This document shows, piece after piece, positions 9,028 to 19,520 of a stretch of DNA of 64,000 bases. Below the pieces are notes generated by a model, which did no database searches, was not told the DNA's origin, and saw only the letters and a list, made by a program, of their open reading frames with translations. A program made the translations under genes and the position numbers. The stretch is from assembly GCA_963663765.2 (NCBI GenBank), contig CAXXUA010000008.1, positions 52,320 to 116,319 of the forward strand. The letters are read 5' to 3'. Every line of letters begins with the position of its first letter. Within the stretch, counting starts at the first letter, position 1. The DNA is from Candidatus Poribacteria bacterium. Its GTDB lineage: Bacteria > Poribacteria > WGA-4E > WGA-3G.

Positions 9028-9207
9028 GCACAATCTGGCAGAATGTGCTACAACTGACCGCACAATCTGGCAGAATGTGCTACAACTGACCGCACAATCT
9101 GGCAGAATGTGCTACAACTGACCGCACAATCTGGCAGAATGTGCTACAACTTGACCGCACAATCTGGCAGAATGTGCTACAACTGACCGCACAATCTGGC
9201 AGAATGT
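9028..9207. repeat. Tandem 32-bp REP-like repeat, 5 full copies plus a partial
   Basis: Unit GCACAATCTGGCAGAATGTGCTACAACTGACC. The minus strand reads GTAG plus an imperfect palindrome. No variable spacers. Confidence 0.9.
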
Positions 9208-9287
9208 CTATTATTGGCGAAGATATTGATAGAAATGATATAATATATTCAATAAGATATGATTTAACATAACATTGAGGTGATAAA

Positions 9288-10121
9288 TTGAAACTTGGAG
9301 TATCCACTTATTCCTATTGGCATTTCACTCCTGAACGAGTAGCAATTGAACATGTTATTGAAGAAGCCGCACGGTTGGAACTTGATGGGATTGAAATCTT
9401 ACATCAACAGATGCAATCAGAAGCAACCCCCTATCTACAGAAACTCAAACGTCATGCGTATATCAACGGACTTGACCTTTATGCACTCTCAATTCATCAA
9501 GGGTTCGTGTCACCAGAGGAAAATACACGACAGAAAAACATAAACCATACAATACATTGCATCCGATTGGCACACGAACTCGGTATCCCAGCAATTCGAC
9601 TTAACTCCGGAAGATGGGGGACTATCAAAACATTTAATGAATTAATGAAAACCGAAGGACAAGAACCAACACTGCCTAACCATACGATTGATGAAGCTTT
9701 TGAATGGGTTATTTCTTCAATTGAAGAATGCCTACCAGATGCAGAAAGATATGGAGTCATACTCGGTCTGGAAAATCATTGGGGACTGACCTGCACACCA
9801 GAAGGTGTCAATCGTATTGTCTCCGCCATAGACTCAGATTGGCTAAAGGTGACTATGGATTGTGGTAATTTTCTCTCTGATCCCTATCAAAAACTACAAC
9901 AAATCGCAAATGAAGCTGTTCTTGTCCATGCAAAAACCTATTACGGTGAAGGGGAATGGTACACCCTTGATCTCGATTATGCAAGAATTAGTAAGATTCT
10001 GCAAGAAGCGGGTTTCAACGGATATGTATCTATTGAATTTGAAGGGAAAGAGGACGCACACACTGGCGTGCCAAAAAGTGTTGAGATGTTACGCAATTCC
10101 CTGTTTTATAGTGAAATCTAA
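9288..10121 (+). CDS. Sugar phosphate isomerase/epimerase (xylose-isomerase-like TIM barrel)
   Basis: Motifs DGIEI, GLENH, MDCGN, HAK and YVSIEFEG. TTG start with RBS GAGG. Confidence 0.85.
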   Translation: MKLGVSTYSYWHFTPERVAIEHVIEEAARLELDGIEILHQQMQSEATPYLQKLKRHAYINGLDLYALSIHQGFVSPEENTRQKNINHTIHCIRLAHELGIPAIRLNSGRWGTIKTFNELMKTEGQEPTLPNHTIDEAFEWVISSIEECLPDAERYGVILGLENHWGLTCTPEGVNRIVSAIDSDWLKVTMDCGNFLSDPYQKLQQIANEAVLVHAKTYYGEGEWYTLDLDYARISKILQEAGFNGYVSIEFEGKEDAHTGVPKSVEMLRNSLFYSEI

Positions 10122-10140
10122 AAATATGTACACACTCCCT

Positions 10141-10439
10141 GGTAGGTGTGGTTTCCTAACCGTACCTTAGGCGTCAATTTAAGAAAAAAGTGCTGGTGTT
10201 TCTCTTGTGGGAGGAGTGTTCAACCCCGATATGACAGAAAATGAACATAAAATCGGGGTTGAAAACCCCTCCCACAAGAGGTCAAAATCCTTAAATTGAC
10301 GCTTATGGTGCTGTTTCCTAACCGCACCGAGCATGGTTATGGAATTACCTAATTTATTTTTGATCTTCATTAGGGACGATATGTTTATAACACAAAACCC
10401 AAAATACGTGAAAACAGTTAGTTAACTAGCACAAGTCGT
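10141..10439. mobile_element. Nested MITE cluster including a GCGTCAA...TTGACGC element (10168..10306)
   Basis: Inverted homolog at 50579..50716. Also has ends of other families: CTTCATTAG and GCACAAGTCGT. Confidence 0.7.
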
Positions 10440-11551
10440 TAATTACTCTCCCAAGGGGCTACTTCGGCAACTGCAGCTGGTGCGGGGAAGCGACTTGAAA
10501 CATCTACAGGTTTACCCAAGTCAGATGATTCAATCACACGTTCACATACCTCTAACACATGGCGCGCTTGTGCGCCATTACACCTTGGAAGTCTGTCATT
10601 TCTTATTGCATCAGCAAAGTCTGCAACACCTTTACCCCAATCCAGTCCAGTAAACGCTTTTGAGGGAGAGGGTTCATTTTGCCATCCAGATTGCGGTGTA
10701 AATTTCTTGATTCCGCGCCCATCGTCATGGGCTTGAATTGAAAATGCACCTTTCGTACCGTGAATCTCATAGGGCGGAATTTGGGAGGTTACCGTAAAAC
10801 TATGGTAAATAAGACCTTGTGTTCCATCTGCAAGTGGCACTTCAAACTCAAGCACTGCAAAACCGTGATCTTTTTCTGTGACCTCAAACGAGGTGCCTTG
10901 ACGCGGACCTTGTGTTAGCACACGTTTAGGAACAGCAACCCTCGCAAACCCATGAACCGTTTTCACTGGACCTATCATTGTTGTCATCGCAGTTAATGGA
11001 TACGGAGCAACATCACGAAAAGGTCCCGCATGTTTCAAAAACGCATCCGCATTCGGATGCCAATGTTCCAATGGTCCCCCAAAATTACCTATCGTGGAAA
11101 TCACATCACCAATCTCACCCTCACGTATCCGCTGCCACACATTCTGCTGAACATACCCAAGTATTGCTGATGGCGCACATGCAAGTTTCAATCCCATTGT
11201 ATCTGCTGTCTCTACAAGTTCATTCGCTTCATCTGTCCTAATCGAAATCGGTTTCTCAGAATATACATGCTTCCCCGCTTTCAATGCAGCAAGTGAAACC
11301 GGATAGTGTGAGATATGGATAGTTAGATTTACTATTGCCTCTACATGCGGATCGTTGAATACCGCTTCAAGCGATGAATATACTTTACCACCACCTCTCT
11401 CTGCCAACGCAGAAGCACGTTCTACGTCTTGATCGTAATATCCTATCAACTCAATCTTATCTGGATAGGCTTGACAACGAGGTTGATAACCACCTGATGC
11501 AATCATACCACATCCAACAATCACTGTTCGCAAAGGGCTACTCTTAGACAT
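10439..11551 (-). CDS. Gfo/Idh/MocA family oxidoreductase
   Basis: Motifs IVGCGMIA and GKHVYSEKP. Start moved to ATG 11551, which has RBS GGAGG. Confidence 0.9.
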   Translation of the reverse strand: MSKSSPLRTVIVGCGMIASGGYQPRCQAYPDKIELIGYYDQDVERASALAERGGGKVYSSLEAVFNDPHVEAIVNLTIHISHYPVSLAALKAGKHVYSEKPISIRTDEANELVETADTMGLKLACAPSAILGYVQQNVWQRIREGEIGDVISTIGNFGGPLEHWHPNADAFLKHAGPFRDVAPYPLTAMTTMIGPVKTVHGFARVAVPKRVLTQGPRQGTSFEVTEKDHGFAVLEFEVPLADGTQGLIYHSFTVTSQIPPYEIHGTKGAFSIQAHDDGRGIKKFTPQSGWQNEPSPSKAFTGLDWGKGVADFADAIRNDRLPRCNGAQARHVLEVCERVIESSDLGKPVDVSSRFPAPAAVAEVAPWESN

Positions 11552-11708
11552 TGTAATCCTCCAGTCTTTGATGTCGTTCAATAAATACACATGCATAATA
11601 ACAAAATTACAATCACATGCCAATCAGAAACAACAGCATAACCCTATTTTTGCTTGACATTTCAATCATAATCATTGTAAAATTGATAACACAAGGATAG
11701 GTGACTAC

Positions 11709-12107
11709 ATGAGAAAAATATATACCATACTTACATTGACAGTTCTTACTGTAATGCTCATGTTTATTGGGTGTGCCTCTCACGACACAGCCAAAATACA
11801 AGCATATAATCAGTTTGCTATAAAAACGGCCCAAGTTGGGTTGTGGAATGAAGCAATTTTTCGATGGAAACAGATCATATCTATTGACCCAGATAACGCT
11901 GCAGCACATAACAACCTCGGTGTTGCTTATGAGGCAAAGGGCAATATCCAAGAAGCAGAAGCAGCCTACCAACGGGCAACAGAACTTGAACCTAACAGCA
12001 AATACTTCCGAATCAACTATCGCAGATGCCGACTACACATTCGCAGAAGTGGTACTGAAGGTAAAGAAAATATTCTTGAAACTACTGAACAACAAGTAGA
12101 AGAATAA
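11709..12107 (+). CDS. Tetratricopeptide-repeat lipoprotein
   Basis: Lipobox FIGC and TPR DPDNAAAHNNLGVAYEAKG. Confidence 0.85.
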   Translation: MRKIYTILTLTVLTVMLMFIGCASHDTAKIQAYNQFAIKTAQVGLWNEAIFRWKQIISIDPDNAAAHNNLGVAYEAKGNIQEAEAAYQRATELEPNSKYFRINYRRCRLHIRRSGTEGKENILETTEQQVEE

Positions 12108-12123
12108 ATTAGGAACTAACCTT

Positions 12124-12900
12124 ATGTTGAAAAAACAACACTTCCCGTTTTCACAGACACTTCACAATGTTTCTCAAATAACGATTAAGTTAATACCATC
12201 CTTTATCATCGTGCTGTTTACATTGACTCTATGCTCCTGTGGAAAAAAGTTTGCACGTGTCCCTATAAACATTAAAGTTCAATCCGAAATTGATATAAAT
12301 ACATACTCAAATTTCGCAGTGTTACCTTTTGTTATCGACAAAAACACAAAGAAATTAGATGAACTCCCTACTGATATAGGACCTGAGATCGCGCAAATAC
12401 TCAGAAGTGTTTTAGGCAGACAAAAACATTTTGATGTCGTTAACAAGCAAGAAACAGAACGAATTATGACAGGTGAAAAGATTGAAGATGATTGGCTTAC
12501 AAATACAGAACGGTTGAGTGAGTTAGGAGAATACTTTGAGGTGAAAGGTGTGATCGTCGGAAGTTACCGATTTTATACTGATACGCGGCCAAGACGGTAT
12601 TACGGTGAACGCTATTCACCACAACAACAACGTTATGTTATGGATTATCAGGATTATGTGCAGAAAACTTATCTGCTTGCGTTACGTGTCATGATTATTG
12701 ATGTTGATACCCAGAAAATTATCTGGGACGAATTATATCAACAACGTTCCGCTGAAGCACACAATATCGGTTCTTTCGTCTTTTCGCAGATGGCTCCTCA
12801 GCAAACCACTATGCGTGAACTTAGCAAACGCGCTCTTACCGATTTTGCAAGACAAATCTCACCACACTACGAACAGGAAGACCGATTCCTGATGAGGTAA
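12124..12900 (+). CDS. Lipoprotein, CsgG/TolB-N/LpoB-like fold
   Basis: Lipobox LCSC, FAVLPF, F.VV, VKGVIVG and MIIDVDTQKIIW. Confidence 0.6.
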   Translation: MLKKQHFPFSQTLHNVSQITIKLIPSFIIVLFTLTLCSCGKKFARVPINIKVQSEIDINTYSNFAVLPFVIDKNTKKLDELPTDIGPEIAQILRSVLGRQKHFDVVNKQETERIMTGEKIEDDWLTNTERLSELGEYFEVKGVIVGSYRFYTDTRPRRYYGERYSPQQQRYVMDYQDYVQKTYLLALRVMIIDVDTQKIIWDELYQQRSAEAHNIGSFVFSQMAPQQTTMRELSKRALTDFARQISPHYEQEDRFLMR

Positions 12901-12972
12901 AATACAGAAAATAATTACACGCGAAATACTGAACAATAATTGTAATCATACAGTTCACCCAGAGGAAAACCG

Positions 12973-15885
12973 ATGAAGACTACAATAAAACAATCAAAAA
13001 AAAATATATTCATCCTTAATAGAATCTCGCAATTTTTCCTCTGTATTAGCATAACAGTGCTGATTTCATCAAACGTTTTCGCACAAGGCTTTGGAAAAAA
13101 TAAAATTACAGCTCAACGTTTTGACTGGCACATACATCGCACAGAACACTTTGATATACACTATTATCCAAGTGCAGCCAAACTCGTCCCAATCATGGCA
13201 GCAATCGCTGAAGATGCTTATGATAAACATAGCGATGACTTACAACACGAACTTGAAGGTAGAACACCTTTCATCCTATATAAATCACATAAAGATTTTC
13301 AGGAAACAAATGTGATACTACAAGAACTACATGAAGGTATCGGCGGATTTGCGGAACTCTTTAAACACCGAATCGTTATCCCATTTACCGGTTCACTGGA
13401 AGCGTTTCGAGAGGTTATTTATCATGAACTCATCCACATCTTTCAATATGACATACTCTATCAAAAACCTCATGCAAGTATATATAGTGGCGAATTCCTA
13501 TATTCACCTCCAATCTGGTTTATTGAAGGTATGGCGGATTATTTCGCCGAAGACAATGACGCTATCGGAGAAATGGTACTTAGAGATGCAAGTATAAACA
13601 ACAATTTTCTACCGCTAACAGAACTACAAAACTTCAATAGACTCAGTTCTCCATACATCGGATACAAAATCGGGCAAATAGCTGTCGCGTACCTTGTAGA
13701 GACGTATGGTCGCGAAAAAATCGCTGAAATCTTACAAGGGTTGAGACAAAGCCGTACAAAAAACTTAGACCACGTCTTTAAAAACGTACTCGGAGTCGGT
13801 TTGAAAGAGTTTGATATAGGTTTCAGCCAGATGGTCCGAAAACGATACTGGCCACTGATTGAGGATAAAGAACTACCCTATATCGCAGCAAGGAAACTTA
13901 CTGAACAAGTACGATTCTCTCACAATATCAAACCTGTGTGGTCACCCAGTGGAGATATTGTCGCTTATATCACTGCAAATGAAGGTTTCTTAGAAATCGT
14001 CCTAATGTCTTCTAAAACAGGAAAACAGCTTGACCGAATAACAAAACGCCTCTTCCGAGACAAATATGAAGAAATCAGAACCGATTCCACAGGTTTTGAT
14101 CAAAGCCTAACTTGGGCACCAGACGGCGACCACATAGCATTTATCGGGAAACACCATGATACAAATTATTTTTTTCAAGTAAATATACTAACACACAAAC
14201 TCACGCACTACCTAAAACTTGATTTTGATGCAGTCACTTCTCCTAACTATGATGGTACGGGTAAACGCGTCGTCTTTTCTGCATTAAATGATGGACAAAC
14301 AGACCTATACATTATTGATTTAGAAACACAAAAAATAAACAGATTGACCAGAGACCCTTTTAACGACACACACCCCTCTTGGCATCCTGAAAGAAATGCA
14401 ATCATATACGCATCTGAGAGAGAACGGAAAAATAGACTTGTCCTCATAGATTTAGAAGAACAGACCGAGCGAACAATCACTGGCAATCAATCAAATGCAA
14501 TCAGTCCAAAATGGTTGAAAGATGGTGATACTGTCCTATTCTGTGATGATCGAAACGGTGTGTTTGACGCATACAAACTCAATATAAATGATCTGCAGTT
14601 GACACGTCTAACAAACTTTATCACAGGATGTTTCAACCCAAGTTACTCACCAGACGAAAAACGTCTACTATTTAGCGCCTATGATAATGGGAAGTATGAT
14701 ATCTGTGTAATGGAATCTGATAGTATACTTGACGAGAAAATCGAAATACAGAACATAGAATCAGAACCAGAACCTATTGTCTTAGAGTCTGAGATTATTG
14801 AACCAAAACTTAGAATCGCAAGACGAAAATATAGCACACGCTCCTCGTTTCGTTTAGACTCAATTTTCCCTGAATTTAGTTACGGCTCAGATGGACTTCT
14901 CCGAAGTCAAATACAACTGAGTGCAAGCGATATGCTTGGAAATCACCGTGTCGGAGTAAGTGTAATAAATCAGACAGGTGGGTATCTAATACCAGATTTT
15001 ATCGCTCAATACGGATTTCTAACACATCGCGCAGACATCGGCACTGTCGTCTACAACTATCATCAATATCATCTACTCGGTTCTATACGCAATCAACGTG
15101 GCGTTTTGCAGCGTGTCACTGGACTCGGCGCATACTTGAGTTATCCATTTAATAGATACCTTCGATTAGATCTGCAGTATTCTCTATATTCAACACCATT
15201 AACATATAACTATCAGACAAGTCAACCTTATGATTTTGATGATCGAGGACGGCTTTCTCTCGGTTCAATTGCTTTAGTCGGTGATAACACTATGTGGAGA
15301 GAATGGGCACCGTACAGCGGTTCACGCTATCGCTTGGAAATTGAGCAATCAATACCAGCGCTTGGAAGTCAGTTATCTCTTACAAATACTGTTTTTGATT
15401 ATAGGAACTACATCGGTTTGGGAAGACGCAGTACAATCGCTACACGACTATTACTTGGGGGTAGTTTTGGACGTGATCGCTCACTATTCTATCTCGGAGG
15501 AATAGATACACTCAGAGGATATAATTACGAAGACCTTGTCGGTTCAAGAGTCGGTCTGTTCAACATTGAATTACGCATTCCGTTTATAGATGTCCTGTAT
15601 TTTGGATGGCCAATAAGATGGTCAATAGGTGGAATCGGCGGATTAGTCTTTGCTGATTTCGGCGGAACATGGTCAGATTTAATTTATGGTCCTGACAACC
15701 CATATCAAATGTTTGAACGCGACGGTTTACGATTACGCCTTAACGATCTAAAAGGTTCTATCGGTCTCGGGCTTAGATTACGACTCGGTGTGTTTTCTTT
15801 AGACTTTGCCGCAGCACGACATACAGACCTAAGAAGTATAAAACCCGGCGTCAAATACCATTTCGGATTAGGACAAGCATTTTAA
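12973..15885 (+). CDS. Peptidase MA (gluzincin) + PD40/TolB propeller + Omp85/BamA-type beta-barrel outer-membrane protein
   Basis: HELIH...WFIEGMADY, repeated PxWSPxG, barrel motif LGGIDTLRGY and C-terminal FGLGQAF. Confidence 0.85.
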   Translation: MKTTIKQSKKNIFILNRISQFFLCISITVLISSNVFAQGFGKNKITAQRFDWHIHRTEHFDIHYYPSAAKLVPIMAAIAEDAYDKHSDDLQHELEGRTPFILYKSHKDFQETNVILQELHEGIGGFAELFKHRIVIPFTGSLEAFREVIYHELIHIFQYDILYQKPHASIYSGEFLYSPPIWFIEGMADYFAEDNDAIGEMVLRDASINNNFLPLTELQNFNRLSSPYIGYKIGQIAVAYLVETYGREKIAEILQGLRQSRTKNLDHVFKNVLGVGLKEFDIGFSQMVRKRYWPLIEDKELPYIAARKLTEQVRFSHNIKPVWSPSGDIVAYITANEGFLEIVLMSSKTGKQLDRITKRLFRDKYEEIRTDSTGFDQSLTWAPDGDHIAFIGKHHDTNYFFQVNILTHKLTHYLKLDFDAVTSPNYDGTGKRVVFSALNDGQTDLYIIDLETQKINRLTRDPFNDTHPSWHPERNAIIYASERERKNRLVLIDLEEQTERTITGNQSNAISPKWLKDGDTVLFCDDRNGVFDAYKLNINDLQLTRLTNFITGCFNPSYSPDEKRLLFSAYDNGKYDICVMESDSILDEKIEIQNIESEPEPIVLESEIIEPKLRIARRKYSTRSSFRLDSIFPEFSYGSDGLLRSQIQLSASDMLGNHRVGVSVINQTGGYLIPDFIAQYGFLTHRADIGTVVYNYHQYHLLGSIRNQRGVLQRVTGLGAYLSYPFNRYLRLDLQYSLYSTPLTYNYQTSQPYDFDDRGRLSLGSIALVGDNTMWREWAPYSGSRYRLEIEQSIPALGSQLSLTNTVFDYRNYIGLGRRSTIATRLLLGGSFGRDRSLFYLGGIDTLRGYNYEDLVGSRVGLFNIELRIPFIDVLYFGWPIRWSIGGIGGLVFADFGGTWSDLIYGPDNPYQMFERDGLRLRLNDLKGSIGLGLRLRLGVFSLDFAAARHTDLRSIKPGVKYHFGLGQAF

Positions 15886-16011
15886 TTAAGACATACGCTT
15901 ACAAAACGGTAAGCACGTTTTGTAAGCGCGCCTACCGTGTAGGTATCAGGAATCATAGATTACACAATTAGGAATTTGCAATTCATGCAATGAAAAATAA
16001 CACACCGAACA

Positions 16012-16196
16012 CAGAGATATTCAGTTTTAAGAGTTTTCTGTTATTGAGATGGACTGAAAGTTAATACCCAGATTCGGTTTCCTAACCGAACTTTATACAT
16101 CAATTTTAGATTATTGAAACATGAACAAGATGGTATCACATAAAATTAACGACATAGCAATATATTATCAAAAATATCGAAAACTGAATAACCATC
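16012..16196. mobile_element. Degenerate ISAs1-end MITE
   Basis: CAGAGATATTCAGTTTT...AAAACTGAATAACC with flanks CACCGAACA/CACCGTACA. Confidence 0.72.
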
Positions 16197-16275
16197 CACC
16201 GTACAAAAATATATATCTATTATTTTCAGTTTACTGTATAATGGACATTATGGATTAAAAAAAGAAGGAGTCAAT

Positions 16276-19200
16276 ATGGAAGCAAGGGTTAAACGTTTTA
16301 TTATCACAATAGGAATATTAGCAATAATCGGTGGTACATTCGCCGCTTGGGTCAAAATATATCCAGATTTCCTCTGGTTTGGGATGGTGGAATATCTGAA
16401 CATTTACACCAAAATCCTAACTACAAAAGTCGTTATAGGGTTAGTCGTTGGAGTCGCATATCTTGCAATCCTCTTAGTAAATCTATTCATCATATATAAA
16501 CTTACACCTGCGCAGCTTAGTCCTGCCTTTATGGGAGGCACAGAATTTACGGGTGGAGAAACAAACACACGAAAAATGATTTACGGAGGACTCACAATCC
16601 TCGCAGTTTTATTCAGTATCTTGATGGGGTATTCTGCAACTGACCGTTGGGAAGTCTTTTTACGCTATACACACGCTGAAGACCTCAACTTCCAATCCGC
16701 CACTCCTATTGAAGTTCAAGAGAATTTGAATTCAAACGAGATACCTGTTTCAACATTAGAACTTGAAGCAAAAAAGGTACAGGTTGGAGACGAAGTCAAC
16801 GTACACATTGAAGAGAATGATCCCATTGTAGCTCAAGTTGAAGCAGTGATTACAGAAGAAATAAAACAGGGTGATAAACAGATCACCGTTCCAATTGGAT
16901 TACGATTAAACCAAGATATACAGATAGAAAGCGGACAAAAGGCATATTTTAAATCCCTTGCACGAGACCCAATATTTGAAAAAAACGTTTCTTACTTTGT
17001 CTTCAAAATGCCTATGGAAAGATATATCATAGGTACATTATTCGGCATTTTTCTATTAGTCACATTTTTTGCTGTCGTCATCTACTTTTTCCACGGATTG
17101 ATTACAGGTGAATCAAATCAGTTAAAATTCCGACCACCTTTTGGTGTGAAAGCACATCTTTTTACGCTTGTTGGATTAACACTGTTATTCCGTGCTTTGA
17201 ACTACCGCTTTGCTATGTTTGACCTATTGTATGCCTCAAACGATCTTGTTCGCGGTGGTGGTGGATATGCAGAAATGAACGCAAGACTACCTGTTCTATG
17301 GATCATGTCGGTTATCACTGTTCTTTGCGTAGCCGTGTTTATCACGAATATCTTCATACGAAAGAATGTTTATGCTTTTTCTGGTTTCGCAATTTTTATT
17401 GTCGCGGGTCTAATTGGACAACTTTATCCAAAACTTATTCAAACATATCGAGTTGAACCCAACAAACAGGTTTTAGAACAGCAGTATATCAACTACAACA
17501 TCAAATCAACATTGCATGCTTATGACTTAGAAACCAACACAGTAACTGAACAAGAATATCCGATTAAAGATGAACTCACCTATGATGAAATAACAAGTCC
17601 AGAAAATGAAGCTGTAATTAATAGCATTCGACTCTGGGATTGGCGTCCATTACGTAAAACTTTTCAGCAACTTCAAGAAATTCGCTCACAATACGATTTT
17701 CTTGATGTAGATATTGACAGATACATCGTTAATGACGAACTCCAACAAGTGATGCTTTCAGCACGCGAACTCAACATAAACGAACTTCCTGATGCTAAGA
17801 ATGATTGGTTCCAACAGACGTATGTTTATACACATGGATACGGTGCTGTCGTCAGTCCAGTCACAAAAATTTATGATGGCAGCCCAAGCATGTATATAAA
17901 AGACTTACCACCAGAAATCAAATACGATGACCAATGGACTCATAGATTTGATGATGAGCCAGGACCACGGATCTATTATGGTGAAGGTACAGACCGGTAT
18001 GTAATTGTAGATCCTAAACTTTCTATAGATACCGAAAAGCTTGAATTTGACTATCCCATAGAGGGACAACAGTTCGCTGTCAATGCTTACCAAGGCAAAG
18101 GCGGTGTTGTACTTTCTTCGTTCTGGCGCAAACTTGCATACATGTTCAAGTTTAACAACGAAATCAAATTTATCCTTCCTGGAGAAATTGAATCTACAAG
18201 TAAAGTACTATATGACAGGAATATCATAAAGCGCGTACAAAAAATTGCTCCATTTCTCCGATATGATGGTGACCCTTACGCTGTCATACATGATGGAAGA
18301 CTGGTTTGGATGATTGATGCATATACGACCACTCATCGCTATCCATACTCTCCAATAGAGAAATTCGGTCAACGCGATAGAGGTCCATGGGGAAACTACA
18401 TTCGTAATTCTGTAAAGGTCGTTATTGATGCATACCATGGTAATGTTGATTTCTACCTGATTGAACAGGAACACGACCCTATCGCTGAATGCTATCGCAA
18501 AATTTTCCCTGATCTATTTAAAACGTTCAACGAGATGCCTGCAGATTTACAAGCACATATCCGATATCCAACAACACTGTTCCGCATCCAATCACGGGTT
18601 TATCAAGATTACCACATGAAGGATCCTATTACTTTTTACGCCAGTGAAGACCAGTGGGAAATAGGAACAGAATTGTATGACAATACCAATAAGCAGACCA
18701 CACAGGTGACAGTACCTCAGCAAACAAGTCCTTTTGCACCTCAAAGAGTTGTTGAAAAAAGTCAAAAGCGAAATATACAACAAGTAGATCCATACTATGT
18801 TATTCTCAAACTTCCAGGTGAAGAAAAAGCAGAATTTATGTTGATGTTACCATTTACCCCTCGTAACAAACTGAATCTGATCGCATGGCTCGGAGCTCGA
18901 TGTGATTTACCTCAATATGGACAACTGCTTGTCTACAGATTTCCTAAGCAAGAACAAATTCCTGGACCGATGCACGTTGAGAATTTTATTAGTCAGGACC
19001 CGGATATTTCAAGAGATATCAGTTTATGGAATCAGGAAGGTTCACGGGTACTTCGTGGTAACCTTTTGATTTTACCGATGAATAACTCACTCCTTTATGT
19101 AGAACCAATTTATATTCAATCTGAAGATGCTGATTCGGCAATTCCTGAATTGCGTCGGGTAGTTGTTGGATACAGAGAGACAGATAAAGAAAGCCCTTAT

Positions 19201-19479
19201 ATTGTCTGGGGTGAAACACTTGATGATGCTCTCAGAGAAATGTTTATAACAAGGTTAGGCGGACAAACTGGTCCCACAAATGTAACAGAGGGGACTCCTG
19301 ACACAACCGAAATCCCTGAAACCGCTACATCAACATTTGACGAGTTAATTAAACAAGCGAACACTTACTTTAATAACACGCAAACTGCACGGCGTAACGG
19401 TAATTGGGCGGAATTTGGAAACAACCTAAATCTGTTAGAGAATGTTTTGAAACAAATGGAACAAAATATTCAGGAGTAA
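16276..19479 (+). CDS. UPF0182 family membrane protein
   Basis: Motifs LWF, DPIF, IRLWD, YTHGYG, PRIYYGE, WMIDAYTT, NYIRNSVK and LLYVEPIY. Confidence 0.95.
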   Translation: MEARVKRFIITIGILAIIGGTFAAWVKIYPDFLWFGMVEYLNIYTKILTTKVVIGLVVGVAYLAILLVNLFIIYKLTPAQLSPAFMGGTEFTGGETNTRKMIYGGLTILAVLFSILMGYSATDRWEVFLRYTHAEDLNFQSATPIEVQENLNSNEIPVSTLELEAKKVQVGDEVNVHIEENDPIVAQVEAVITEEIKQGDKQITVPIGLRLNQDIQIESGQKAYFKSLARDPIFEKNVSYFVFKMPMERYIIGTLFGIFLLVTFFAVVIYFFHGLITGESNQLKFRPPFGVKAHLFTLVGLTLLFRALNYRFAMFDLLYASNDLVRGGGGYAEMNARLPVLWIMSVITVLCVAVFITNIFIRKNVYAFSGFAIFIVAGLIGQLYPKLIQTYRVEPNKQVLEQQYINYNIKSTLHAYDLETNTVTEQEYPIKDELTYDEITSPENEAVINSIRLWDWRPLRKTFQQLQEIRSQYDFLDVDIDRYIVNDELQQVMLSARELNINELPDAKNDWFQQTYVYTHGYGAVVSPVTKIYDGSPSMYIKDLPPEIKYDDQWTHRFDDEPGPRIYYGEGTDRYVIVDPKLSIDTEKLEFDYPIEGQQFAVNAYQGKGGVVLSSFWRKLAYMFKFNNEIKFILPGEIESTSKVLYDRNIIKRVQKIAPFLRYDGDPYAVIHDGRLVWMIDAYTTTHRYPYSPIEKFGQRDRGPWGNYIRNSVKVVIDAYHGNVDFYLIEQEHDPIAECYRKIFPDLFKTFNEMPADLQAHIRYPTTLFRIQSRVYQDYHMKDPITFYASEDQWEIGTELYDNTNKQTTQVTVPQQTSPFAPQRVVEKSQKRNIQQVDPYYVILKLPGEEKAEFMLMLPFTPRNKLNLIAWLGARCDLPQYGQLLVYRFPKQEQIPGPMHVENFISQDPDISRDISLWNQEGSRVLRGNLLILPMNNSLLYVEPIYIQSEDADSAIPELRRVVVGYRETDKESPYIVWGETLDDALREMFITRLGGQTGPTNVTEGTPDTTEIPETATSTFDELIKQANTYFNNTQTARRNGNWAEFGNNLNLLENVLKQMEQNIQE

Positions 19480-19520
19480 TTGAATTTATTTCTTATACAA
19501 TAAATAAGGAGGTGAAACAC

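Noticed and set aside
9028-9207. CRISPR array
   Set aside because: Pure tandem repeat with no unique spacers.
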